64,000 bases of DNA. It comes from Deferribacterales bacterium (GTDB lineage: Bacteria; Chrysiogenota; Deferribacteres; Deferribacterales; Geovibrionaceae). Below are positions 41,939 to 50,904 of this stretch, piece after piece (position 1 is the first letter of the stretch; every line of letters begins with the position of its first letter). Under the pieces are notes generated by a model. It saw only the letters and a program-made list of their open reading frames with translations. It made no database searches and was not told the DNA's origin. The position numbers were made by a program, and so were the translations under genes. Location: positions 384,001 to 448,000 of the forward strand of contig JBFWJS010000001.1 of the NCBI GenBank assembly GCA_050253075.1, given 5' to 3'.

Positions 41939-43128
41939 TTTTCGCTCCACAAGGCCGGTATCTCGTTAAGGATCTTACCAGCAATCTTCTTGCCATCCGG
42001 TATTTCCATGTCATCAGGGACATTTTGCCCACCCGCCAGAAGCATCAGCGGGGTCTTTTTCTTTATAGGTAAATTTACCAAAGGTCCGAAATATCTCGTC
42101 TCGTCCAGTTTGGTAAAGATGAGGTACTCGGGCATTAATTTCGAATATCTGTCGAAGGTTTCCACCATCTCCTGATGGTTGCTGCTCATGGACATTACGA
42201 GCGCAACTTTGATGAGCGGACTGACCTCCATGAACTTTAAAAGGTCGTTTATCTGGCTGTCGTCGAACTGGCTTCTCCCCATAGAATCTACAAAAACATA
42301 GTCGAAATCCCTGCATTCATAGATGATCTTTTCAAGCTCTGCGGGGGTTGAGGCGACACGCAGGGGTATATCCACGATTTCTGCATATGTGCGGAGCTGT
42401 TCGACTGCTCCGATACGGAAGTTGTCCACTGTGATCAGTGCGACCTTCTTCTTCTGTTTCAGGCTGAGATTAGCGGCTATCTTTGCGATAGTGGTGGTCT
42501 TGCCCACCCCTGTCGGCCCCACGAGGGCGAGAACCTTGTCGTTGATAGATGAGAAGTAGTCCTTCTCTATAGGGATCAGCTCGGACATAAGTGATGTCAC
42601 GAGGTTTTTTATCTGGTTAGGAGTCAGGTTGTGGCTGGCTCTCTTTTCTATTTTTTTCAGGAATTTATAAGCGATTATCTCGTCTACGCCGTTCTTCACC
42701 ATCAGGTTGTAAAACTCACGGATGGGGCCTGTCAGGTCGATCATTATGTTCTCTTTCAGCCCTGCCTGCATCTCCATCATCTGACGTTTTATGTCTGCGA
42801 TGTCTGTCATCAGGCTGTGGAACTTGTTCAGACCCAAAGTATTGATAAGCTCAGCGATCTTGTCCAGCTCGCCCCCTTGTGAATGGTCTTTGACCCCGGG
42901 TTCCTTCGAAGGATCGACATTGATGCCGACGGTCTTCTTACCTTTCTTCACACGGTCGTCGTCCTCGACTGCGGCTGTGACTTCGATGATAGGACGTGAG
43001 AAAAGCCCGAGGCTGTTGTTTTTAACAACCTTTCTGGAGGAGAGTATCATAGCGTCGGGGCCAAGCTCTTCTTTTATGAGCTTCATGGCCTCTTTCATGT
43101 CGAAAACTTCGTACTTTTTGATTCTCAT
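41935..43128 (-). CDS. flhF: SRP-type GTPase FlhF
   Basis: GPTGVGKTTTIAK, RIGAVEQL, DSMGRS, TKLDE, GQNVPDD. Confidence 0.95.
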   Translation of the reverse strand: MRIKKYEVFDMKEAMKLIKEELGPDAMILSSRKVVKNNSLGLFSRPIIEVTAAVEDDDRVKKGKKTVGINVDPSKEPGVKDHSQGGELDKIAELINTLGLNKFHSLMTDIADIKRQMMEMQAGLKENIMIDLTGPIREFYNLMVKNGVDEIIAYKFLKKIEKRASHNLTPNQIKNLVTSLMSELIPIEKDYFSSINDKVLALVGPTGVGKTTTIAKIAANLSLKQKKKVALITVDNFRIGAVEQLRTYAEIVDIPLRVASTPAELEKIIYECRDFDYVFVDSMGRSQFDDSQINDLLKFMEVSPLIKVALVMSMSSNHQEMVETFDRYSKLMPEYLIFTKLDETRYFGPLVNLPIKKKTPLMLLAGGQNVPDDMEIPDGKKIAGKILNEIPALWSEK

Positions 43129-45215
43129 TTATCAATCTCCAGCATTCCGAGGCTTTCAATGCGCACAGATTCGCTTATCTCATTATGTGACATAATATTA
43201 ACATTTGGAACAAATTTTTCAACAAAACGCCTCATAGGCAGGCGGATAGGCGGAGAAATGATCATAAGAGGCGGTAAACCTCTGCCGACACATTCCTCTG
43301 ATTTCTTCATAATGGCGGAGAGTATCTTCTGCGCCAGTGACGGGTCTATGACGATTTCCTGTCCGTCGTCCGTGTTCTGCAGGCTTCCTGCGAGGGTCTG
43401 CTCTATCTTTGAAGGGAGCGTAAAGACGTAGAGGTTTCCGTCTGCTGCCGTCATGTTTTCTGTTATCTGGCGTTTCAGTGTCAGGCGCACTTTTTCTATC
43501 AGATAGTCCGGATGCTTGTTCGTCGTGCCGAACGTAGCGAGAACCTCCATGATGGTCTGCAGGTTTCTTATGGAGACCCTCTCCCTCAGCAGAGCCGAGA
43601 GCACACGGTTTACAACACCGAGGTCGAGTATGCCCGGGATAACATCGTCCACCAGCTTCGGATACTTCTCTTTCAGCTTGTCCAGCAGTTCCTGAGTCTC
43701 CTGTCTGCCGAGCAGCTCGTGGGCGTTCTTCTTTATCACTTCGGTCAGGTGGGTCGCTATCACAGTGGAAGGATCGACTATAGTATAGCCTTCCATCTCT
43801 GCGATATCCTTTATGGCTTCGTCCACCCATTTCGCTTCCAGTCCGAAGGCGGGCTCCTTTGTCGGTATGCCCTCTATCTTTGTAATATCCCCGTCGGGGT
43901 TCATTATCAGATACTTGTCGGGGAATATTGTCCCTGATGCTATTTTAACACTCTTCAGCATTACGGAATATCCATTTGCGTCGAGCTGCAGGTTATCCCT
44001 TATGCGCACAGGCGGAACGATGAATCCCATCTCAAGTGCGAGCTGTCTGCGGATAGCCTTGATCCTGTTCAGCAGAGTGCCACCCTGATTAGTATCCACA
44101 AGGGGTATAAGACCGAATCCTATCTCAAGCTCCATGATATCCATCTCGAGGAGATTCTTAACTTCTTCCTCTTCGGGCACGTCCCGCTTTTCTTTTTCCT
44201 TCTTCTTCTCATCCTGCACTTTCTTTTCGTCCTCTGCCTTTTTGCCTTTGGAGATGTAAACAAGATAGAACATCAGCCCCGCAATGGAGAGGAAAGAGAG
44301 CTTCGGCAGACCGGGGATAAGTGAGAAAAATACGAGTATACCGCCCGCAATACCGAGAACCTTGCTGCTGGAAAAGAGCTGTCCGAAGAGCTGCCCTGAG
44401 AGGTCGGCTGAACCGCCCGCACGGGAAACGATGAGACCTGCAGATGTGGATATGATGAGGGACGGTATCTGTGATACCAGACCGTCACCGATGGTCAGGA
44501 TGGTAAAGCGTGTTGCAGCTTCGGCCGCAGGCATATCATGCTGGAAAACACCTATCATAAGACCGCCGAGGATATTTATCCCCGTGATGATGATACCTGC
44601 GATGGCATCACCGCGGACGAACTTACTAGCACCGTCCATAGCTCCGTAATAGTCAGCTTCTTTCTGTATCTTTTCTCTTTTGAGTTTTGCTTCGTCTTCT
44701 GTTATCAGACCAGTGTTCAGGTCGGCGTCTATGGCCATCTGCTTACCGGGCATAGCATCCAGTGTGAACCTTGCGGCAACTTCGGCGATACGTCCGGAAC
44801 CCTTTGTAATAACCATAAAGTTGATGAGTACGAGTATCATGAATATGATGATACCCACGACATAGTTACCGCCCACGACAAACTGTCCGAATGAACGGAT
44901 AACCTGACCGGCAGCGCCCTCTCCGTCTGAACCGTGGAGCAGGATCGTCCTTGTGGTGGCGACGTTGAGCGACAGCCTGAAAAGGGTGACGATCAGCAGC
45001 ACCGAAGGAAATGTCGAGAAATTAAGCGGGTCTTCAGCATGTATGGCAACCATGAGGATAACTATCGCAAGTGCGATACTCATGGTGAGCAGTATATCGA
45101 GGATGAATGACGGCAGCGGGAGCACCATAACGACAAGGATGCCCATGAAGAAGATGGAGAACATTAAATCATTTTGCTTAAAGAAACCTTTGAGCCCTTT
45201 GCTCTCTTCCGCCAT
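43125..45215 (-). CDS. flhA: Flagellar export gate protein FlhA
   Basis: RIAEVAARFTLDAMPGKQMAIDADL, GAMDGASKFVRGDA. Confidence 0.98.
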   Translation of the reverse strand: MAEESKGLKGFFKQNDLMFSIFFMGILVVMVLPLPSFILDILLTMSIALAIVILMVAIHAEDPLNFSTFPSVLLIVTLFRLSLNVATTRTILLHGSDGEGAAGQVIRSFGQFVVGGNYVVGIIIFMILVLINFMVITKGSGRIAEVAARFTLDAMPGKQMAIDADLNTGLITEDEAKLKREKIQKEADYYGAMDGASKFVRGDAIAGIIITGINILGGLMIGVFQHDMPAAEAATRFTILTIGDGLVSQIPSLIISTSAGLIVSRAGGSADLSGQLFGQLFSSSKVLGIAGGILVFFSLIPGLPKLSFLSIAGLMFYLVYISKGKKAEDEKKVQDEKKKEKEKRDVPEEEEVKNLLEMDIMELEIGFGLIPLVDTNQGGTLLNRIKAIRRQLALEMGFIVPPVRIRDNLQLDANGYSVMLKSVKIASGTIFPDKYLIMNPDGDITKIEGIPTKEPAFGLEAKWVDEAIKDIAEMEGYTIVDPSTVIATHLTEVIKKNAHELLGRQETQELLDKLKEKYPKLVDDVIPGILDLGVVNRVLSALLRERVSIRNLQTIMEVLATFGTTNKHPDYLIEKVRLTLKRQITENMTAADGNLYVFTLPSKIEQTLAGSLQNTDDGQEIVIDPSLAQKILSAIMKKSEECVGRGLPPLMIISPPIRLPMRRFVEKFVPNVNIMSHNEISESVRIESLGMLEIDK

Positions 45216-45249
45216 GTATTACTTCCTTCAATAAATCTTTCGATAGATT

Positions 45250-46308
45250 TTATCTGGTCTTGCGCTTGAATTTGTCTACAAGTGCAAGAATTTCCGCCAC
45301 TGCCTTATAAAGATTTTCAGGTATTTCATCACCTATGTCAACCGTTTTGAAAAGGGACCTTGCAATGGGCGGGTCCTCATGTATCTGAACGCCTGATTGT
45401 TTCGCTATCTCTCTGATGCGGAGAGCGATAAGACGCTGTCCTTTCGCCAGCACGACGGGTGCTCTGTCCTCGCCGGGGGAATACCTGAGTGCTACTGCGT
45501 AGTGGGTCGGGTTTGTAACCACCACATCGGACTTCGGCACATCGTCCATCATACGCTTTCTCGCCATCTCACGCTGAATGCTTCGGATACGGCTTTTGAC
45601 GTGTGGATCCCCTTCCGCCTGTTTACGTTCCTCTTTCACTTCGTGTTTGGACATCTTCATATCTTCGTTGAACTGATATTTCTGATACATATAGTCCAGC
45701 AGAGCCATCAGCAGAGCCAGCAGGCTGACCTTCCAGAGTATCTCATATATGATAAGTGCGGATATTCTCAGTATGTCGTAAAAGTCCATATCGGTCATAG
45801 ATATTATGGTTCCCATGTGTCCTTTTACGATGACGTATGCCAGATAGCCGACGGCGAATACCTTTATAAGCGATTTCAAAAGCTCCATAAGGGTTCTTTT
45901 GGAAAAGAAACGTCCGAATCCCTTAATGGGGTTTATCCTCTCGAGCTTCGGTTCCAGAGCCTTAGAAGCGATGAGGAAACCTGTCTGCAATACATTCCCC
46001 GCAATGGCGAGCACAAGTATCGCCGCCATAAAAGGCGAGAGCAGCTTTGCCGATTCCACAGCACTGAACATCATCAGCTCGTGCACGGACTGAGAGTTCA
46101 GCTCATAATTTGTCATGGTGAATATCTCACGGGATATCCTGGCCAGTCCTTTCGTCAGGTACGGTGTGTAAAAGTACAAGAAGAAGGTTATGAACAGGAG
46201 GGTCATGGCAGCAGGAAGCTCCCTGCTTTTTCCTACGTTGCCCTCCTTTCTGGCATCAGAAAGTTTTTTCCCCGTGGGGTCTTCGGTTTTTTCTTCGTCG
46301 CCTGCCAT
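45250..46308 (-). CDS. flhB: Flagellar export protein FlhB
   Basis: EKTEDPT; NPTH autocleavage motif. Confidence 0.97.
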   Translation of the reverse strand: MAGDEEKTEDPTGKKLSDARKEGNVGKSRELPAAMTLLFITFFLYFYTPYLTKGLARISREIFTMTNYELNSQSVHELMMFSAVESAKLLSPFMAAILVLAIAGNVLQTGFLIASKALEPKLERINPIKGFGRFFSKRTLMELLKSLIKVFAVGYLAYVIVKGHMGTIISMTDMDFYDILRISALIIYEILWKVSLLALLMALLDYMYQKYQFNEDMKMSKHEVKEERKQAEGDPHVKSRIRSIQREMARKRMMDDVPKSDVVVTNPTHYAVALRYSPGEDRAPVVLAKGQRLIALRIREIAKQSGVQIHEDPPIARSLFKTVDIGDEIPENLYKAVAEILALVDKFKRKTR

Positions 46309-47082
46309 TTAAAAAAGCCTTATTATATTTGCTATTTCTTCAAAGTATCTGTGAAGGAATTTCTCAAATACTATATAGAAGTAGTTCATGCTCAGCGCCA
46401 GAACAAGGAATCCTATGGCTATCTTCGCAGGGAAGCCGACTATCATCAGGTTTATCTGCGGAGCGAGCTTTCCTATGACGCCCATCACCACGGAGAACAT
46501 GAGGAGTGTCATAAGCACAGGCGCCATGATCTTCACGGCGGTGAGGAATATGAACGAAAACAGCTTTGCTATATACTCAAAGGCGAGGGGGTCTATGTCT
46601 CCTGCGCCCAGCGGTATGAATCTGAAAGACTCGGATATCGCTCCGAGTATGAGATAATGCCCTCCGACAGCAATGAACAGCAGCAGCATGCCTATGTTCA
46701 GAAATGACGATATGATGGAGAGCTGTGTGTTTGTCTGCGGGTCCATAATATTTACGATGCTGAATCCCATCTGCATACCCGCTATCTGTCCGCCGAGCTG
46801 CGCACCCACAAAGAGGAAGTGGGAGAGAATGCCTATACACACGCCTATCAGCACCTCTTTGAACATCATGACGATCAGTATGCCCGTCGCCAGATTGCCG
46901 TAGGGCATGGTGGTGACAGTGGGGAAGATGACCAGAGCCACAAGTATGGCGAATAGGAATCTTATCTGAGCTTTTATCACGTTGCTTCCGAAAAATGGCA
47001 CGGAAAAGAGCATGGCGCTCACCCTCAGGGCCACCAGCATGAAACTAACAAAAGTGTCGGTGTAATAAAGGAACTCAAACAT
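46309..47082 (-). CDS. fliR: Flagellar export protein FliR
   Basis: Polytopic membrane protein; GQIAGMQMGF...DP; PQINL...GFPAK. Confidence 0.94.
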   Translation of the reverse strand: MFEFLYYTDTFVSFMLVALRVSAMLFSVPFFGSNVIKAQIRFLFAILVALVIFPTVTTMPYGNLATGILIVMMFKEVLIGVCIGILSHFLFVGAQLGGQIAGMQMGFSIVNIMDPQTNTQLSIISSFLNIGMLLLFIAVGGHYLILGAISESFRFIPLGAGDIDPLAFEYIAKLFSFIFLTAVKIMAPVLMTLLMFSVVMGVIGKLAPQINLMIVGFPAKIAIGFLVLALSMNYFYIVFEKFLHRYFEEIANIIRLF

Positions 47083-47196
47083 AATACATATTATTGCCTG
47101 TTTGGTAGAATTACAACGTGTTTCACAGAAAACGCTTCCAATATTATAAGGCTCATGTAAAATGATTAAAAAATATACAGCAACCTGGGGATCAAA

Positions 47197-48225
47197 TTGA
47201 AAAGACTAGGATTTGACGAAGGGGTTTCACTCTTAAAAGATGCCGATCTGCTTGAACTTGCGAAGATGGCCGACGATGCCCGTAAGGAGCTTCATCCTGA
47301 GGGAGTGGTCTCTTTTGTCATAGACAGAAATATAAATTACTCAAACATATGCACGTGTAAATGCTCTTTCTGCGCCTTTTACAAAGACGAGGGCGAAGAG
47401 GGCGCATATGTCATGGATAAAGACACCCTTAGGGAAAAGATAGAAGAGACAAAGGCTCTCGGCGGTACGCAGATACTGCTGCAGGGCGGTCTGCACCCTA
47501 CCCTCCCCATAGAGTTCTATGAGGATATGGTCAGCTTTATGAAGGAGCTGGGCGTTTGGGTACACGGCTTTTCCGCTCCCGAGGTCTACCACATAGCAAA
47601 ACTCTCGGGGCTCAGTGTGGAGGATACCATAATAAGGCTGCAAAAGGCCGGGCTGGACAGCATCCCCGGTGCAGGAGCAGAGCTTCTCATCGACTCTGAG
47701 AGGACGAAGATAAGCCCGAATAAGATATCCACAGACAAATGGCTCGGTGTGATGGACACAGCCCATAAGCTGGGTATGAAGACGACGGCGACCATGATGT
47801 TTAAGAAAGAGGACGGACCCGAAAAGATAATAGAGCACCTCGAGAGGATACGCACACAGCAGGATAAATCAGGCGGGTTCACCGCTTTTATCCCGTGGCC
47901 GTTTCAGCCGGATAATACCGAGCTTGGCGGAGGTCATGTCACAGCAGTGGAATATCTGCGTGTTCTTGCCGTTTCCCGCCTTTACCTTGATAATGTGCCT
48001 AACATTCAGGTATCATGGGTTACACAGGGGCCTAAGACAGGTCAGACGGCTCTTTATTTCGGGGGTAATGATTTCGGTTCTCTTATGATAGAAGAAAATG
48101 TCGTCGCAGCATGCGGAGCAACATTCCGTATGAGTGTGGACGAGATAAAGAATACCATAGAGCGTGCGGGATTCAGACCTGCACAGAGAGATATGCAGTA
48201 TAATATTTTGAGGTATCTGGATTGA
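47197..48225 (+). CDS. mqnC: Cyclic dehypoxanthinyl futalosine synthase (radical SAM)
   Basis: DRNINYSNICTCKCSFC, LLQGGLHP, FTAFIPW, NDFGSLMIEENVV. Confidence 0.88.
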   Translation: MKRLGFDEGVSLLKDADLLELAKMADDARKELHPEGVVSFVIDRNINYSNICTCKCSFCAFYKDEGEEGAYVMDKDTLREKIEETKALGGTQILLQGGLHPTLPIEFYEDMVSFMKELGVWVHGFSAPEVYHIAKLSGLSVEDTIIRLQKAGLDSIPGAGAELLIDSERTKISPNKISTDKWLGVMDTAHKLGMKTTATMMFKKEDGPEKIIEHLERIRTQQDKSGGFTAFIPWPFQPDNTELGGGHVTAVEYLRVLAVSRLYLDNVPNIQVSWVTQGPKTGQTALYFGGNDFGSLMIEENVVAACGATFRMSVDEIKNTIERAGFRPAQRDMQYNILRYLD

Positions 48226-49388
48226 AAAACGACTTCCTTGAGGTCTTGGTAGAGATCTCTGAAAAGATGAACAGTATGTTTGAGATTCATAACCTGCTCC
48301 CTGCTATCATCAACATAGCAAAGGAGTATCTGGACGTTAAGCGTATCTCGCTGATGCTCATAGAGGATGAGGTACTTAGGATGTATGCCCACGCAGGATT
48401 TGATGTGGACTATGACAATGTGCATATCAAACTGGGCGAAGGCATCGCAGGGAAAGTGGCTAAGACAGGCGTAGAGGTGATGGTGAACCACACGGATAAA
48501 AGCCGTGAGGAGCTCGGATACGAGGCATCTTCCTTCATGTCTGTACCTCTGAAAAAGGGCGATAAGATACTCGGAGTGCTCAACCTTACGGATAAAGAGG
48601 GCGATTTCTTCAACGAGACAGACGTAAAGGTCGCCAGATATATAGCCTCACAGTGTGCTCTCGGTGTCGACAGGTTCAACCTTTACAGAGATATGCGCAA
48701 GAGCGAGAACCTTCGCATAATAGGCATGCTGAACAGCTCCATTGCCCATGATATCAAAAATCTGCTGAACATCGTGCAGTCATACCTTGAGCTTATAGAC
48801 GAGGAAGACCTCAGCCCTGAGATGCGTGAATATATCGATGCTATCTTCTCCGAAGTGAAGCGTATACACGGGCTTACTTTCGACATGCTCGACTTCACGA
48901 GACAGCGTGTATCCATTAACATAGAAACCTTTAAAATCTCTGAAATGTTTGCAGAAATACACAAACATGCTAATATAATGACTAAGGATACGGATATAGT
49001 TGTCGAATTTAATATTATAGACGACTTCACCATGATGGTGGACAGAGGAAAGCTCTTCAGAGTTCTCTTCAACCTTATCTCAAATGCCATTGATGCACTC
49101 GAGTGTAAGGGTAAGGTCTCGCTCACCGCAGATAAAGACGGGGAATACGCTGTATTCCGTGTTAAAGATACAGGCAAGGGAATACCCAAAGAACACCTTG
49201 CAAAATTGTTTCAGCCTTTCTTTACATCAGGCAAAGCTAAAGGGACAGGGCTTGGTCTTGCTATTGTTCAGATGATCGTAGAGGCACATAACGGTACTAT
49301 AGAAGTGAATTCGGAAGAGGGCTTATACACCGAATTTACTATAAGGATACCATACAATTATGAATCTTTTAAAGAGCTACACAAATAA
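48222..49388 (+). CDS. Cytoplasmic GAF-domain sensor histidine kinase
   Basis: GAF (GEGIAGKVA, SVPL, GVLNL), IAHDIKN, NAIDA, DTGKGI, GTGLGL. Confidence 0.9.
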   Translation: MKNDFLEVLVEISEKMNSMFEIHNLLPAIINIAKEYLDVKRISLMLIEDEVLRMYAHAGFDVDYDNVHIKLGEGIAGKVAKTGVEVMVNHTDKSREELGYEASSFMSVPLKKGDKILGVLNLTDKEGDFFNETDVKVARYIASQCALGVDRFNLYRDMRKSENLRIIGMLNSSIAHDIKNLLNIVQSYLELIDEEDLSPEMREYIDAIFSEVKRIHGLTFDMLDFTRQRVSINIETFKISEMFAEIHKHANIMTKDTDIVVEFNIIDDFTMMVDRGKLFRVLFNLISNAIDALECKGKVSLTADKDGEYAVFRVKDTGKGIPKEHLAKLFQPFFTSGKAKGTGLGLAIVQMIVEAHNGTIEVNSEEGLYTEFTIRIPYNYESFKELHK

Positions 49389-50904
49389 GAAAGAAGCGGA
49401 ACTGGCCAAATTATTAAGTAGACAATACGGCCTTGATTTAAACGACTACATATTTTCCAGAGACGACTCAGGGAAAATACTCATTAAGGTCGTATCGGAT
49501 AAGAACGTCGATGCTGAGGCAGAGCTTGTCATCACTGACAACGAGCTGAAGGCTGTCGTCAGCGTATATCCTGCGATCAATAACGGCAAACCTCTCTCCT
49601 CAGACCATATACTTGATCTGCTGCAGGGCGAAAAAATCACGTCCAATATCCGCAGAGACGTCATCGAAAGTGCAGTGGAGATATGCAACGGCGGCGGAAT
49701 ATCCGACAATATCGTCGTAGCAGAGGGTGTCGAGCCAATCCACGGGAACAATTCGCAGATACTGCTTAATTTCGACCCTATTTTAAACAAACCAAAGATA
49801 CTCCGTAACGGACGTGTCGATTATAAAAATATAGACAACATAAGAATAGTCCACGAGGGCGATCTGCTCCTTACGAAGAAACCAGCGACACCGGGTGTGC
49901 GCGGCCTGAGCGTAAGGAATCAGGAGATACCGCCTCAGCCCGGCGTAGACACAGAGATAACCGTCGGCGAAGGCGTACGTGCAGAGAAGGACGACTCCGA
50001 GTTTTACGCCACCACAGACGGCTGTGTCTCATTCACAAGGAATACTCTTGATGTCAGCCCGGTATATGATGTGCGTGGTAATGTAGACTACAGCACGGGT
50101 AACATCGTCTTCAACGGCAGTGTGCATGTGCATAACGACGTCCTCAGCGATTTCAGGATAAAGGCGGAGAAGGATATATTCATAGACGGACTCTGTCAGG
50201 ATGCCCATATCGAAGCGGGCGGAAACGTTGTCATAAAGCTCGGCGTGAAAGGCGAGCTGAAAGGGAGCATCAAGGCGAACGGAGATGTCATCATCGGATA
50301 CGCCGAAGGTGCAAACATCGAGGCGAAAGGAAACATCGAGATACAGAAATATGCATATCACTCTAAGCTGAAAACAGGCGGAAAGCTGGAAGCGATTAAA
50401 GAGCCGGGCGTTGTCGCCGGAGGCTCCATTGTCGCCTTTGAAGCTGTAGAGGTAAATCAGGTTGGTACAAGCGGAAACTCACGCTTCAGCATAAATGTCG
50501 GAACGAAATATTACTTTGCGGAAGAGCTCGATGCACTGAAAAAAACTCAGGCAAAATACGAAGAGAACAAAGCAAAGATTGACGAATTTCTCGGTAGTGT
50601 TAATTTAAAGAGCAAAGAAGTTCTCGCAAATCCAAAAGTCCGTCAGCTCATCACCATGCGAAAGCAGATAGATGCTAAGATCGCAGATGTTGACAAACAG
50701 ATGAAAGAACTGATAAGAGAAGCACATCACCCCAGACCAAAGCTGAAGGTGAAGGGTACTCTCTTCGGCGGACTGGATGTGCAGATCTATAGGGAGAAAT
50801 TAACCGTCAGGGAAAATCAGCAGAATGTTGTTTATTATTTCGACGATAAATATCAGCAGATAGTGCACGTTTCCCTTGAAGACCAAGACTGGCAGAATGA
50901 ATGA
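49360..50904 (+). CDS. fapA: FapA/DUF342 family flagellar assembly protein
   Basis: GRVDYKN, VRGNVDYSTGNIVFNGSV, beta-helix Gly repeats, C-terminal coiled coil. Confidence 0.85.
   Translation: MNLLKSYTNKKEAELAKLLSRQYGLDLNDYIFSRDDSGKILIKVVSDKNVDAEAELVITDNELKAVVSVYPAINNGKPLSSDHILDLLQGEKITSNIRRDVIESAVEICNGGGISDNIVVAEGVEPIHGNNSQILLNFDPILNKPKILRNGRVDYKNIDNIRIVHEGDLLLTKKPATPGVRGLSVRNQEIPPQPGVDTEITVGEGVRAEKDDSEFYATTDGCVSFTRNTLDVSPVYDVRGNVDYSTGNIVFNGSVHVHNDVLSDFRIKAEKDIFIDGLCQDAHIEAGGNVVIKLGVKGELKGSIKANGDVIIGYAEGANIEAKGNIEIQKYAYHSKLKTGGKLEAIKEPGVVAGGSIVAFEAVEVNQVGTSGNSRFSINVGTKYYFAEELDALKKTQAKYEENKAKIDEFLGSVNLKSKEVLANPKVRQLITMRKQIDAKIADVDKQMKELIREAHHPRPKLKVKGTLFGGLDVQIYREKLTVRENQQNVVYYFDDKYQQIVHVSLEDQDWQNE

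Noticed and set aside
45397..46707. 436-aa plus-strand ORF, and other long antisense ORFs such as 34511-35449, 34950-35921 and 1513-2304
   Set aside because: Shadow frames opposite well-conserved genes (flhB/fliR, cheA, kinase) with no recognisable motifs.
47119..47134. TGTTTCACAGAAAACG in the fliR-mqnC gap as a second parS
   Set aside because: Four mismatches including the central bases; only a half-site.
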